A DNA stretch of 63,849 nucleotides, filler included, from Octopus bimaculoides (Eukaryota), in NCBI RefSeq assembly GCF_001194135.2. It is 5 parts of 5 records of this genome, joined end to end, with 100 filler letters (N's around TTAATTAATTAA, not from the genome) between each part and the next. Parts side by side here need not be neighbours in the genome. Positions count along the whole stretch, not along the records: positions 9,898 to 26,642 come from NC_068990.1; 4 more parts are not named here. One strand, given 5' to 3'. Shown one piece after another: positions 10,792 through 23,984 of this stretch. Position 1 is the first letter of the stretch. Each line of letters begins with the position of its first letter. Position numbers and translations under genes: made by a program. Below the pieces are notes generated by a model. That model did not search any database. It saw only the letters and a list, made by a program, of their open reading frames with translations, and was not told the origin of the DNA.

Positions 10792-13288
10792 ATGTTTATG
10801 ATTCGGAGTGGTTGAACAACCTCTGCCAAACAATCGAGATTTGCAGTACAGGTTGTACTCTTCGTCCTTTCAATCGTTGAATACAAAACGTGGCTCGCGA
10901 TACCACTGTTCGGGTGATTTTCCTGAGTCACTATCTTATCCTTGTACGGCCATTCCATCACAAAGGTACTCATCTCCATCGTGAAATGAAATATTCTGCT
11001 CAAGAACGCAACGCACTGCCGGTCTGGGAACCGAGGCTACGATCTCGCGATCAAGAGTGTAACACCACCAGGCAACGCGCCTAGTGATCTATACATTTTG
11101 TAACAGTTTAGATCCATGCTAGTCCCGATCGATTAGTATGAAACCATTAACTATCCTATCTTTCTTTGGGGGTCGTGTGTGTTTAGTGGTGGTGGAAGCT
11201 TTAGGATTATCAAATTATCCTTCCGTTTTTTTTTTGTTTGAGATGATGAACTGTGATTAGAGAGAAATGTATCTGCTAATTCCAGCGGTCAAGAAGCTAC
11301 AAAGAGGGTTCTCACTCTGGTTTGTATAAATTTAGTGAAGCATAATTAGTTTTTATATCAGTAAAAATAGACTTCCATCCATTTCGCAACTCAATCTTTT
11401 CTTAAAATCACTGACTTCAACACAGTATCGTCTGCTTTAGTTCTTTTGGTTCATTTTGCTTGCTTACATAGTAACTGCATGTACATATACTTAAATGGCG
11501 ACGACGTGTGTGTGTGTGTGTGTGTNNNNNNNNNNNNNNNNNNNNNNNNNNNNNNNNNNNNNNNNNNNNNNNNNNNNNNNNNNNNNNNNNNNNNNNNNNN
11601 NNNNNNNNNNNNNNNNNNNNNNNNNNNNNNNNNNNNNNNNNNNNNNNNNNNNNNNNNNNNNNNNNNNNNNNNNNNNNNNNNNNNNNNNNNNNNNNNNNNN
11701 NNNNNNNNNNNNNNNNNNNNNNNNNNNNNNNNNNNNNNNNNNNNNNNNNNNNNNNNNNNNNNNNNNNNNNNNNNNNNNNNNNNNNNNNNNNNNNNNNNNN
11801 NNNNNNNNNNNNNNNNNNNNNNNNNNNNNNNNNNNNNNNNNNNNNNNNNNNNNNNNNNNNNNNNNNNNNNNNNNNNNNNNNNNNNNNNNNNNNNNNNNNN
11901 NNNNNNNNNNNNNNNNNNNNNNNNNNNNNNNNNNNNNNNNNNNNNNNNNNNNNNNNNNNNNNNNNNNNNNNNNNNNNNNNNNNNNNNNNNNNNNNNNNNN
12001 NNNNNNNNNNNNNNNNNNNNNNNNNNNNNNNNNNNNNNNNNNNNNNNNNNNNNNNNNNNNNNNNNNNNNNNNNNNNNNNNNNNNNNNNNNNNNNNNNNNN
12101 NNNNNNNNNNNNNNNNNNNNNNNNNNNNNNNNTTTTGGAGACAAAGTCAACCATTCTTTTCGACTTTCCGATAAGATAAAGTACCAGGCAATTACTGATC
12201 TTTTATCTTTTACTTGTTTCAGTCATTCAACTGCGGCCATGCTGGGGCACCGCCTTCGGCAATTTTAGCCGAACTATTCAACACCAGTATTTATTTACCT
12301 ATTTTCTTTTAAGCCTGGCTTTTTTTAGGCCTGTTTTTTTTTAAGCCTGGCTTTTTTGCCGAACCGCTAAGTTACGGCGACGTAAACACACCAACATCGG
12401 TTGTCAAGCGGTGGCGGGGGGAAAACTTAGACACAAAGACACACACACTTACACACACACATACACACACACACATACACACACTCACATACACACACAC
12501 ACAAATATATGACGGGCTTCTTTCAGTTTCCGTCAACCAAATCCATTTACAAGGCTTTGGTAGGCCCGAAGCCATAGTAGAAGACACCTGCCCAAGGTGC
12601 CACACAATAGGAACGAACCTGGAGCCATGTGTTTGGGAAGCCAACTTCTTACCACACGACTATGCTTGCGCCTATGTTAACATATTTAATCAAATATGGC
12701 TTCTAAATTCTTGACTTTGTAGCGATGTTAGAAATCAAGCTTTTTATTGATTGCTAATGAATTTTATCACTTTCCGAATTACTACTCTGTTACTTTCTTC
12801 TTTCGAAATATTCGAAATATTTCGATAATGAAGTTGGCAAGTACTATACCCGCCATTTATTAACTGCCAATCAACTTCGTTTCGAGCATATTTCTGTTAC
12901 TAATGTCATATCAAATGATACTTAATTTCCTTGTCTAAATAAATCAAGATCCCTATTTTAGTTCTTCTTTCTGAATAATCAACAGCGGAATTGAAATCAC
13001 AAAGCTTGTCAGGAATTTTCGTTATCAGTAGTAACACTAAATTCTAAGAAGTCTCTCATTTTTCTAAGAATTCGTCTTTGATAGACCATTAAAATTATTT
13101 CATCTCCGCCTTTCTTCAGTTCTTTCTCACCTGTAACACATTGGTTTCCTTCCTTCTTTCCTTTTCTCTTTCTTTTTGCTTTCTTTCCTGTCTTTCTCAT
13201 TATTTCTCACACACACGCACATACACCCACGCGCATACACGCGCGCGTGCACGCCCGCAAGCCCGCTCGCCCGCCCGCACACACACAT

Positions 13289-13324
<36 letters not shown>

Positions 13325-13836
13325 NNNNNNNNNNNNNNNNNNNNNNNNNNNNNNNNNNNNNNNNNNNNNNNNNNNNNNNNNNNNNNNNNNNNNNNNNNNN
13401 NNNNNNNNNNNNNNNNNNNNNNNNNNNNNNNNNNNNNNNNNNNNNNNNNNNNNNNNNNNNNNNNNNNNNNNNNNNNNNNNNNNNNNNNNNNNNNNNNNNN
13501 NNNNNNNNNNNNNNNNNNNNNNNNNNNNNNNNNNNNNNNNNNNNNNNNNNNNNNNNNNNNNNNNNNNNNNNNNNNTCTCTCCCTCTCTCTCCTTCTCTCC
13601 CTCTCTCTCCTTCTCTCCCTCTCTCTCCTTCTCTCCCTCTCTCTCCTTCTCTCCCTCTCTCTCCTTCTCTCTCTCCCTCCCTCTCCCTCTCCCTCTCCCT
13701 CTCTCCCTCCTTCTCTCTCCCCCTCTCTCTCTGTCTATATACATATGTAAATATATACATACATACGGGAATGCACAAATTCGCAGAGAAACACACACAT
13801 TCATTCATTTTATGTGAGTGTGTATGTGTGTGTGTG

Positions 13837-13868
<32 letters not shown>

Positions 13869-15934
13869 TGTATGTATGTATGTATGTATGTGTACATATA
13901 TATTATACGCCATAGATATACACACACGCACATATAGGACGAGGTAATATGCTTTTAATATTTGAATAATTTCTTTTATACTTCACTCAAGACCTTATGC
14001 GTATAATTTATACATGCTGTTTCTATCTATTGCATATAGCTTTAGGTCAAGGTTTATTCAGAATACTTCAATAGATGATGTTCCAACTGTACGACCAGGA
14101 CTGCATAATCGAATTAAATCGAAGCATTTAAAAACAAAGTGTACGCTGATGAAGATGCAATTTGAACTTCAGCCCAAGATGTATAGACGGGAGAAGTACT
14201 TGGTCGATTATTTAGAATTAATTCAACTTGAACTTCGATATGGCTCCGAATTTTCCCAAGGTACTCACTAGGCAGTGAGAGTTTGTACCTGAAGTTCTTT
14301 CCACATCATGCTAATTAGCCCGTAGATGGGATCCTGACAGGTGCTACAGCTCCGAGTCAAAGTAGACATGGGAACACTAGTGGCTAAGAGGTGGTTCCAC
14401 TTTCTCAAATCTCGAACCAGATACCCGCTGCTGTCTACAGTTTAAAGTCAAACCCAGGACATTAAAAAGTATATAGAATATGCGTTAAGCCTTCGCATTC
14501 CTCTTAAAAGAAAAAGAAAAAAGCATGTCGTGCTTCTTGTCGACCGGTACAAGAAGCACGTCGGGGTCGCGAATCTACGAACAGGTTTTGATTCCTGTTG
14601 AAGCCAGTCAATCCTCTCTGACGTCGCTAATATCTTTGACAAAAGGCTCAAATAGCGCTCAAGGTATATGCTTCTGTTTTGGTTTTGTCTTTGAGAAAGA
14701 AAACAATTTATATACTGTTGACGTCATGAGAATTTAGGCGCTTACGAGAGAACATGAAATAATTATTTTTGGAACATCGGGTCTCGAAGTGTACAAAGCT
14801 ATGAACAATAACGTGTAAATAGTGGGTTAAAAACCCCGTTGGATAGAAAACGTTGAAAGCTTCCGTGAGACACGAACCCACATATTTTGTAAATAGGACA
14901 GGCATTCTACCATTCAACCTAAGAAATCTTTCGAATTTCTTTCTCTCTTTTAGAAACTTTAATCTTACCAACGAAAATTGTATATTGTTGACATAATAAC
15001 ATAGAGGCCTTCGAGAGAACGTGAAATAATTTTTTTCGGAACAGTGATTCTCGAAGTATACAAAACTATAAACAATAATGTATAAATATTGGGTTAAAAA
15101 GACGCTTTGGATAAAAAAAAAAGTCGAGTGCTGCCTGTGGGAAACGAACCCGCATCTCCGGTAAACATGGCAGATGTTCTACCATTCAACCAAAGCAATC
15201 CGTCAAATTTCAGCCTTCGACTTTTTTGTTGCTGTATTTTTAATCCAGTATTTACACGCTATTACTTATAGCTTTGTATGCTTCGAGATTCACTGTTCCA
15301 AAAAAGAATTTATATGGTTGTATTTTATTCCTGAAAGAATAAAAGAATATATATATATATATATANNNNNNNNNNNNNNNNNNNNNNNNNNNNNNNNNNN
15401 NNNNNNNNNNNNNNNNNNNNNNNNNNNNNNNNNNNNNNNNNNNNNNNNNNNNNNNNNNNNNNNNNNNNNNNNNNNNNNNNNNNNNNNNNNNNNNNNNNNN
15501 NNNNNNNNNNNNNNNNNNNNNNNNNNNNNNNNNNNNNNNNNNNNNNNNNNNNNNNNNNNNNNNNNNNNNNNNNNNNNNNNNNNNNNNNNNNNNNNNNNNN
15601 NNNNNNNNNNNNNNNNNNNNNNNNNNNNNNNNNNNNNNNNNNNNNNNNNNNNNNNNNNNNNNNNNNNNNNNNNNNNNNNNNNNNNNNNNNNNNNNNNNNN
15701 NNNNNNNNNNNNNNNNNNNNNNAAAAAGAGACCGACAGAATAAGTACTAGGCTTACAAAGAATAAGTCCCGGGGTCGATTTGCTCGACTAGAGGCGGTGC
15801 TCCAGCATGGCCGCAGTCAAATGACTGAAACAAGTAAAAGAGTAAAAGAGAGATATATATACATATAACCGGTGTTGGTTTGTTTATGTCTCCGAAATAT
15901 AGTGGTTCGGCAAAAAGTACTGATAAAATAAGTT

Positions 15935-16140
15935 CCAGGCGAGCTGGTAGGAACGTTAGCACGTCTGCCGTTACGTTCTGAGTTCAAATTCCGCCGAGGT
16001 CGACTTTGTCTTTCATCCTTTCGGGGTCGATAAATTAAGTACCAGTTACGCACTGGGGTCGATCTAATCGACTTAAGCCCTTTGTCTGTCCTTGTTTGTC
16101 CCCTCTATGTTTAGCCCCTTGTGGGCAATAAAGAAATAAG
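15935..16140 (+). mobile_element. tRNA-derived SINE family C (Nin/Deu-like central domain)
   Basis: ggcgagctggcagaaacgttagcac...gagttcaaattccgccgaggtcgactttgcctttcatcctttcggggtcgataaattaagtaccag. Other copies at about 17145-17375, 17395-17610, 17757-17975, 34600-34755(-), 34788-35000, 37060-37250(-), 46335-46545, 52283-52505(-), 52718-52915, 53670-53860. Confidence 0.8.
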
Positions 16141-16585
16141 AATAACTTCCACCAAAAAGTACTGGCCGTGGTGGTGGTGGTGGGGAGAGTGTTGATTTGT
16201 TCTACTGAGCCCTTCAAGGCAGCGCTCCAGCATGGCCGTAGTCCAATAACTGAAACAAATAACAGATGAGATATAAAAGACAAGGAAGTACATCGAATAA
16301 TCTTGTTCAACATGTATAAATTTACGTCCTTGGATTTCAATGAGAAATAATTATTACAACGGCTAGTTATGATAGTAGATTAAGAATTAAATCTCCAGCA
16401 AGCCGAGTCAATCACACGATTTCAGGATTAATTTTGTATGGTAGACTTAATCCGTCGCTAGTTTAATGCCTAGACCTAACTGACACTTGAGTGACTTTAG
16501 CACTGTTCAATTTGTTGCAAGCAATCAAGCGAACCCTCTGATGTCATCAACCTCGGAGGTCCGGTCAAGTGCCACAGGCTCTTGT

Positions 16586-16680
16586 CGTTCGTTCGTTCAT
16601 TCGTTCGTTCGTTCATTCGTTCGTTCGTTCGTTCGTTCGTTCGTTCGTTCGTTCGTTCGTTCTCTCGTTTGTTCATTCGT
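16586..16680. repeat. (TTCG)n microsatellite
   Basis: About 20 GTTC/TTCG units with occasional TTCA variants. Confidence 0.9.
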
Positions 16681-18614
16681 TCCTTCCTTCCTTCGATTAA
16701 GCTATAAAAATTATATCTTTTCTTTTTTTATCTTTTACTTGTTTCTAGTCGAACGAATCGAGTCCAGTGCATTTTTTTCGTATGTTAAAGCCTGGTACTT
16801 CCATTTTGCCGAACCGTTAAGCTACAGGGATATAAACAGACCAACACTGGTTATCAAACGGTGGTGAAGGACAAACACAAGGACACACACGCACGCACAT
16901 ATACTCCCCCCACACGCACACATACACGGTGGGATTCTTTCAGTTTCCGTCTACTAAATCTACTTACAAAACTTTGGTCGGTCTAGGGCTATAGTATAAG
17001 ACACTTACCACACGCTGTGGAACTGAAACTGGCACCACATGGTCGAGAAGCAAACTTAACACCCACCCACGCCTGCAAATTTATGAGATATTTTTATAAG
17101 GCAGTTTTCGGTTAACAATATTAAGTTAGACGGCGAATTTCAAAGGCGGCGAGCTGGCAGAAACGTTAGCACGCCAGGCGAAATGCTTAGCGGCATTTCG
17201 TCTGCCGTTACGCTCTGTGTTTCAATTCCGCCGAGGTCGATTTTGCCTTTCATCCTTTCGGGGTCGATAAATTAAGTACCAGTTACGCACTGGGGTCGCT
17301 GTAATCGACTTAATACCTTTGTCTGTCCTTGTTTGTCCCCTCTATGTTTAGCCCCTTGTGGGCAATAAAGAAATAATATAAAGTTAGACGAAGATGGCGA
17401 GCTGGAAGAAACGTTAGCACGCCGGGCGAAATGCTTGGCGGTATTTCGTCTGTTTTTATATTCTGAGTTCAAATTCCGCCGAGGTCAACTTTGCCTTTCA
17501 TCCTTTCGAAATCGATAAATTAAGTACAAGTTGCTTACTAGGGTCGATCTAATCGACTGGCCACCTACCCGCAAAAATTTCGGACCTTGTGCCTAGAGTA
17601 GAAAAAAATATTAAGTTAGACGAAGATGATGAGTTGCCTTTCGAGGTCTATAAAATAAGTACCAGTTGAGCACTGGAATTGATGTAATCCTCTTACCCCT
17701 TCCCCCAAATTGCTGCCGTTGTGGCAAAAGTTAAAGCCAATTTCAAATTAGACGAAGGCAGCGAGCTGGCAGAGTCGTTAGCATACCGAGCAAAATGCTT
17801 ATCAGCATTTCGTCCGTCTTCACGATCTCAGTTCAAATTACGCCGACGTCGACTTTGCCTTTAGTTCTTACGAGGTCGATAAAACATGTACCAGTTGAGC
17901 ACTGGGGTCGATGTAGTCGACTTCCCCATCACGCCCGAAACTGCTGGCCTTGTGCCAAAATTTGAAACTGATATTAAATCAAACGTCTAAAATCTGAAAA
18001 TTTCATTCAATATATATATATATGTGTGTGTGTATATATATTTGTGTGTATATATGACACGTTGTCAAGATGATATGCTCTCTCTCGTCAGATAGAGAAG
18101 AGTTGACGTAGCCGGTACTTTTCACTTGACCAGAAAAATAATTTGGGCAAAACGCCATAAAGAAGGGAAAGGATACTGGATAATGAAAAAACAAAAAATA
18201 AAAAAAAACAACAAAAAATAAAAACAAAAAACCCGACGAAACAAACAGAAATATAGACAACAAAAAACAAAAACAAATATTGTCTAAACTGCCACGCAGT
18301 ATTCAATACGATACACGACAGTATATTAATTTTGCAATATGGTCTTCGCTAGACGAGAGACATATCCGGAACAATTATATTGAGAATATTCGTTCGACCT
18401 ACTGCATAAGCCTGCTTTAGTTTGCTCAGTCAGAGTTGACCTGGTATTAAAAGTCGTCGTCGTGTACCACCACCACCACCNNNNNNNNNNNNNNNNNNNN
18501 NNNNNNNNNNNNNNNNNNNNNNNNNNNNNNNNNNNNNNNNNNNNNNNNNNNNNNNNNNNNNNNNNNNNNNNNNNNNNNNNNNNNNNNNNNNNNNNNNNNN
18601 NNNNNNNNNNNNNC

Positions 18615-19275
18615 CACCGACCATCACAGAATAACTGCCGTGTTTCATTGTTGGCTGCAATCTTTCCACATCAAATTCGTGATCACAGTCTCCAGACCCA
18701 CACTCGATCACTGTCAGGGAATACAGCAAATCTGGACTCATCAGAGAATATGACAGTGTCTCAAAATGCTAGTGGCCTCTGCACCGTCTCACTGACCCAA
18801 TCTTTTCTCCGCTTGATGTTTGCTGGTCGAAGAAGTGGCTTCCTTCTTGCTGTTCTGCAATAGTAACCAAGTTTGTGGAGATACCTGACTGCTGTTCTGG
18901 GACTGACATCAACTTGTTCTGCAATGTCAGAGGCCTTGCAATGAGGATTATCCTCTACATTTCTCTTAAGAAAGAGAAGGGTCTTGTCAGAGGGCCCTGG
19001 TTGATCTGAACGAGGTGATATGGATTCTTTCCCCTCTCTGGTAAATTGCACAATCAGTCTATTAACTCTAGAAAGCAGGATCCCAAGATTTTCTATGTCC
19101 ACCTTCAGAATGACCCGTTACAAGGCTTCTTTTGTACATATCATGATTAAACAGTTACATATAGAACCGGGAACATAAAAATGTCAATTAATAAAAAATA
19201 TAAATCTTTACAAGTTAGAATAAATCTAAAACGATGTTTTATGGTGTGTCTATTTATTTCTGTCATGTCTGTGTA
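18615..19275 (-). mobile_element. Tc1-family DNA transposon, 5' part (degenerate transposase)
   Basis: TIR TA-CACAGACATGACAGAAATAAATAGACACACC at about 19243-19275. Translation includes an HTH region, ARRKPLL and VIFSDESRF (first catalytic Asp). Truncated by a gap. Confidence 0.85.
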
Positions 19276-19603
19276 TATGTTTGCATGTATATATGTAAAC
19301 ATGTTTATATGTATATATGTTTATATGTATGTATGTATGTATGTATGTATGGATGTATGTATGTATGTATGTATGTATGTATGTGTGTGTGTGTGTGTAT
19401 NNNNNNNNNNNNNNNNNNNNNNNNNNNNNNNNNNNNNNNNNNNNNNNNNNNNNNNNNNNNNNNNNNNNNNNNNNNNNNNNNNNNNNNNNNNNNNNNNNNN
19501 NNNNNNNNNNNNNNNNNNNNNNNNNNNNNNNNNNNNNNNNNNNNNNNNNNNNNNNNNNNNNNNNNNNNNNNNNNNNNTGTATATATATATATGTGTGTGT
19601 GTG

Positions 19604-19642
<39 letters not shown>

Positions 19643-21155
19643 ATATATATTAAAAGAGAGAAAGAAACAGAAGGAGAGAAGAAAATAGAGAGAGATGCAG
19701 ATAGGCCGGCAAGCATTCATTGATTTGACTGATAAGCACGATAGCGTTCACAAGTATTATCATATCCATACTTCTTTTATATTGCAATATGAAGAATCGC
19801 ATCTTCTTTCTAAAATTCTTTTTATAGATACATTTGTCTGATAAACTTTAGCCTCACTCTTCTCTCAATTTATTGAGAAGACAGTTCGATCTCCGGTTCT
19901 GATTTCAAATATTCTGTTCTGGTATTTTGATATTTTGAGTTCATGTGGAAAATGAAACCCACGTAGTCAGAGTGTTCCTCATAAATTTCTTGATAGAATA
20001 CATAGATATATACATACACACATATACATGCATAAATACATACACCCACATAAACACGCATACACCCAACAGACACCCGATGCAGCTAACCAATCAACTA
20101 ACCAGCCCAACCGATTCTGCCAATCAAATTTCTAGAATACATTGATTTTTATATCGTATTGCGCACTAAAATGTTAGGGAGAAGGTGGACAAAAAGATAA
20201 AGGAAGAAAAAGGCAGACTGATGATTCTCTACTTCAGCAAATAGTGTGAGAATTATAAGAGGTAAAGGAAATGAGGATTGTCTTACATTCATGCCTTTCT
20301 CAAGTGCATTATCGTCGTAAATGGGAGAATGTAATCGATAATGATTTCATAAATGTACCCTTAAAGCAAAGGAATCATCTTCGGTGCTAGCTCGTTCCCC
20401 TTGTTTGAAAAGAATAGAAGTGAGAGAAGTAGAGTGAAAGAAAGTGATATAGAGAGCAAAAGATATACAGAGAGAAAAGTGAAAGGGAGAGGTGGACAGT
20501 GGGAAGGAAAGAGAGTGAGGGAGAGAGAGAGAGCGAGAGAGAGAGAGAGAGACAGGGAGAGAGAGAGAGAGAGCGAGAGAGAGAGGGAGAGTATGTTCAT
20601 GCTTTAGATCAGGTAAGGCCAACTTTCTTCGAGAAAGGGGACAGCAATACTAAAAGAAATTGAAGGTAATCTCTCGCTAAGTGTGCCATTACAAAATCCT
20701 GTGGGTCGCAGGATACCCATGACTGCTTTGAATAACTATTGTGTTCCCCGTCTATTTTGTTGGAGGTATACTTTTCTTTTATCTGGATACATGCCAGTGA
20801 CCTTTTTGAGTTACTTCCCTTTGATAATTTTACCTTTTTTTTTCCAATCATATACCGATTTCTATGTTACAAATTAACGAAGCAATACACTGTTCTGAAT
20901 TGGAGCATAATTTTATTAACTCCAGAAGGAGGGAAGTCAAAAGTGGTCATAGTGGATTTTGAATGTGGAACGCAAAGAACCAGAACAAATACCGAAATAC
21001 ATTTTGCCCGATGGCTCCGTTAAACCGCCGGTACCGCGTGTTAATATTTAGTTTCAGCTTTCTGAATTGCACTGTTTTCTGAAAATTATGATAGCTGTTG
21101 ATACTTTATCATGCTCAGCTATTTTCTATTCGAAGCCGAAGATTAGTAGAACACC

Positions 21156-21217
21156 GTCTCTGATGAGGGACAATTGTCCCGAAACAGATATGTCCCGAAA
21201 CAGATATGTTAAAAGAT
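21156..21217 (+). ncRNA. Minimal hammerhead ribozyme motif with disrupted stem I (probable relic)
   Basis: CTGATGA-gggac aatt gtccc-GAAAC-agatat-GTC. A 16-nt tandem duplication (gtcccgaaacagatat x2) displaces the 3' strand of stem I. Confidence 0.55.
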
Positions 21218-21436
21218 TCTCATTCTTTTCTACTTACTTAAGAGAACAAAATGATATTTTCTCATCATCTCAGCTAGCACTATTGAAAAAATGTAGAGTT
21301 AACTAAACCATACATGCTTCCAGTATTCTGAATTGCATAGTTCTCTTTCTCTTATAGTTCACTCACTCATTCATTCACTCACTCACTCACTCACTCACTC
21401 ACTCACTCACTCACTCACTCACTAACTCCCTCTCTC

Positions 21437-21524
<88 letters not shown>

Positions 21525-21544
21525 TCGCTCTCTCTCACACACAT

Positions 21545-22744
21545 ATGGTTGTTGTCCGGAAAGTTCTGAACGTTTTTAAGCTAAATCTTTTAACATTTCA
21601 TTGAACACACCTGAAACGTAACACAGTTAAAACTTCGGCATTGCTTGAAGTGGTAGAGCATCTCTTTGTTCGTGACTAAAAATAGAGTTATCTTTCATTC
21701 TGGTTACCCTTTATTGACATTTGAAATGGATAACCAAGAACTTCATGTTCGCGTTGTAATGCTTTTCTTTTTTTTTAAAGGAGAAAATGGTGTAAAGACT
21801 TGCAAAACATTTGTGAAGTTTATGGCAATGATGCTGTAGGTGAATCAACTGTAAGATGACAGTCACAGTGGAAGACCTTCAAAATTGGATGATGTTTTGA
21901 AGGTAAAAATCGAAGAAAGCTCAAATATCACAACCAGAGAACTTGCAGAGGAGTTTCGAAGTTTCTAAAAGTACGGCTCATGGACACCTGGTGAAGCTAG
22001 GATACATTTCTTGCAATGTATGGGTCCCTCTCAAACTTTTAGAAAAGAATTGCTTGGACCGGTATTCCGTTTGTAATATGCTTTTCAAATAGAATGAAAG
22101 CATGCCTTTTAAGAAACAACTTGTAACTGGAGATGAAAATTGGATTGTGTATGAAAACGTAGTGGAAAGGTTTGTGTCAGGAGACCCCAAAACAGCAACC
22201 AAAGACGAATATCCATGCCAAAAAACGCTATGTTTTGTGTTTGGTGGGAACTATAAAGGCATTATTTATTATGAGCTTCTCCCACCAAACAAGACCATTA
22301 ATTCTCATGTGTACTGTCGTCGGCTGGCTAATTTGAACCAAAAAAAAAAAAAAAAAGAAAGTCAAAGAATTGAGGCCGGAGATTGCCAACAGGAAAGGGG
22401 TAGTGTTCCAACATGACAATGCTCAACCACATGTGTCTTTGGCTGTTTGAACAAAGTTACATGAATTTGGCTGGGATCTCTTGCCCCATCCACCATATTC
22501 TCCTGATATTGCACCATCCGACTAACACTTGTTTTTGTCTCTACAGAACTCATTACAAGGAAAAACATTTAACGATTTAGATGGAGTCAAAATACATCCA
22601 GATAACATTTTTTTTATCTTCAAAACCAGTCAAATTTTATGCTGATGGAATATTTAAATTGCTTGATAGATGGGTAAAAGTTGATAATTTATATTCTTTT
22701 TTTGCATATGAATAAACTTTCAGAACTTTACGGAGAGCCTAATA
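21545..22744 (+). mobile_element. Near full-length (about 1.2 kb) decayed mariner transposon
   Basis: Degenerate TIRs at both ends. Frameshifted transposase with LVTGDENW, GIIYYELLPPNKTINS, FQHDNAQPH and LPHPPYSPDIAPSD (D,D34D). Confidence 0.9.
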
Positions 22745-23026
22745 TCTGTCTGTCTGTCTGTCTGTCTGTCTGTACTTTGGATGTAAGTCTATTAGTATTT
22801 CGATTAAAGCACATTCACCGTTTGAGTTACATGATGTCATCTACAGTTATGATTTAATTTTCACTGGATCTACGTCAGGAAATCCGTAGTGTTTATTGAG
22901 TTTATAGTTGACGAGGAAAACAGAAGATCGATTTAGTACTAACCTTTACTCAGCACGACTGAATAGAGATTCGCACTAAATCCCTAAATCCATCTTCCGT
23001 TTCCCTCATCAATTATATATTCACTG

Positions 23027-23099
<73 letters not shown>

Positions 23100-23953
23100 N
23101 NNNNNNNNNNNNNNNNNNNNNNNNNNNNNNNNNNNNNNNNNNNNNNNNNNNNNNNNNNNNNNNNNNNNNNNNNNNNNNNNNNNNNNNNNNNNNNNNNNNN
23201 NNNNNNNNNNNNNNNNNNNNNNNNNNNNNNNNNNNNNNNNNNNNNNNNNNNNNNNNNNNNNNNNNNNNNNNNNNNNNNNNNNNNNNNNNNNNNNNNNNNN
23301 NNNNNNNNNNNNNNNNNNNNNNNNNNNNNNNNNNNNNNNNNNNNNNNNNNNNNNNNNNNNNNNNNNNNNNNNNNNNNNNNNNNNNNNNNNNNNNNNNNNN
23401 NNNNNNNNNNNNNNNNNNNNNNNNNNNNNNNNNNNNNNNNNNNNNNNNNNNNNNNNNNNNNNNNNNNNNNNNNNNNNNNNNNNNNNNNNNNNNNNNNNNN
23501 NNNNNNNNNNNNNNNNNNNNNNNNNNNNNNNNNNNNNNNNNNNNNNNNNNNNNNNNNNNNNNNNNNNNNNNNNNNNNNNNNNNNNNNNNNNNNNNNNNNN
23601 NNNNNNNNNNNNNNNNNNNNNNNNNNNNNNNNNNNNNNNNNNNNNNNNNNNNNNNNNNNNNNNNNNNNNNNNNNNNNNNNNNNNNNNNNNNNNNNNNNNN
23701 NNNNNNNNNNTCCTGCACCCAGCAGCTTACCTGTGACGGATCGACGTCCCGTCCAGGTGGAGAACCTATATGCCAATGAAACCGTGAAACCAACCCTTAT
23801 GAGCCAGGAATGGCCTGAGAAGGAACAAACAACAACAGCAATATATATATATATATATATATATGCATGTATAGACGTAGATATTTATATCTATATATGT
23901 ATATATACATATGTATATATATATGTATATATGTATGTATGCATGTATGTATG

Positions 23954-23984
<31 letters not shown>

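Noticed and set aside
18061-18175. Possible P450 exon 8 (SFPFF...) on the minus strand
   Set aside because: Wrong side of exons 6-7, wrong length (115 vs ~128 nt), weak donor, and no further similarity.
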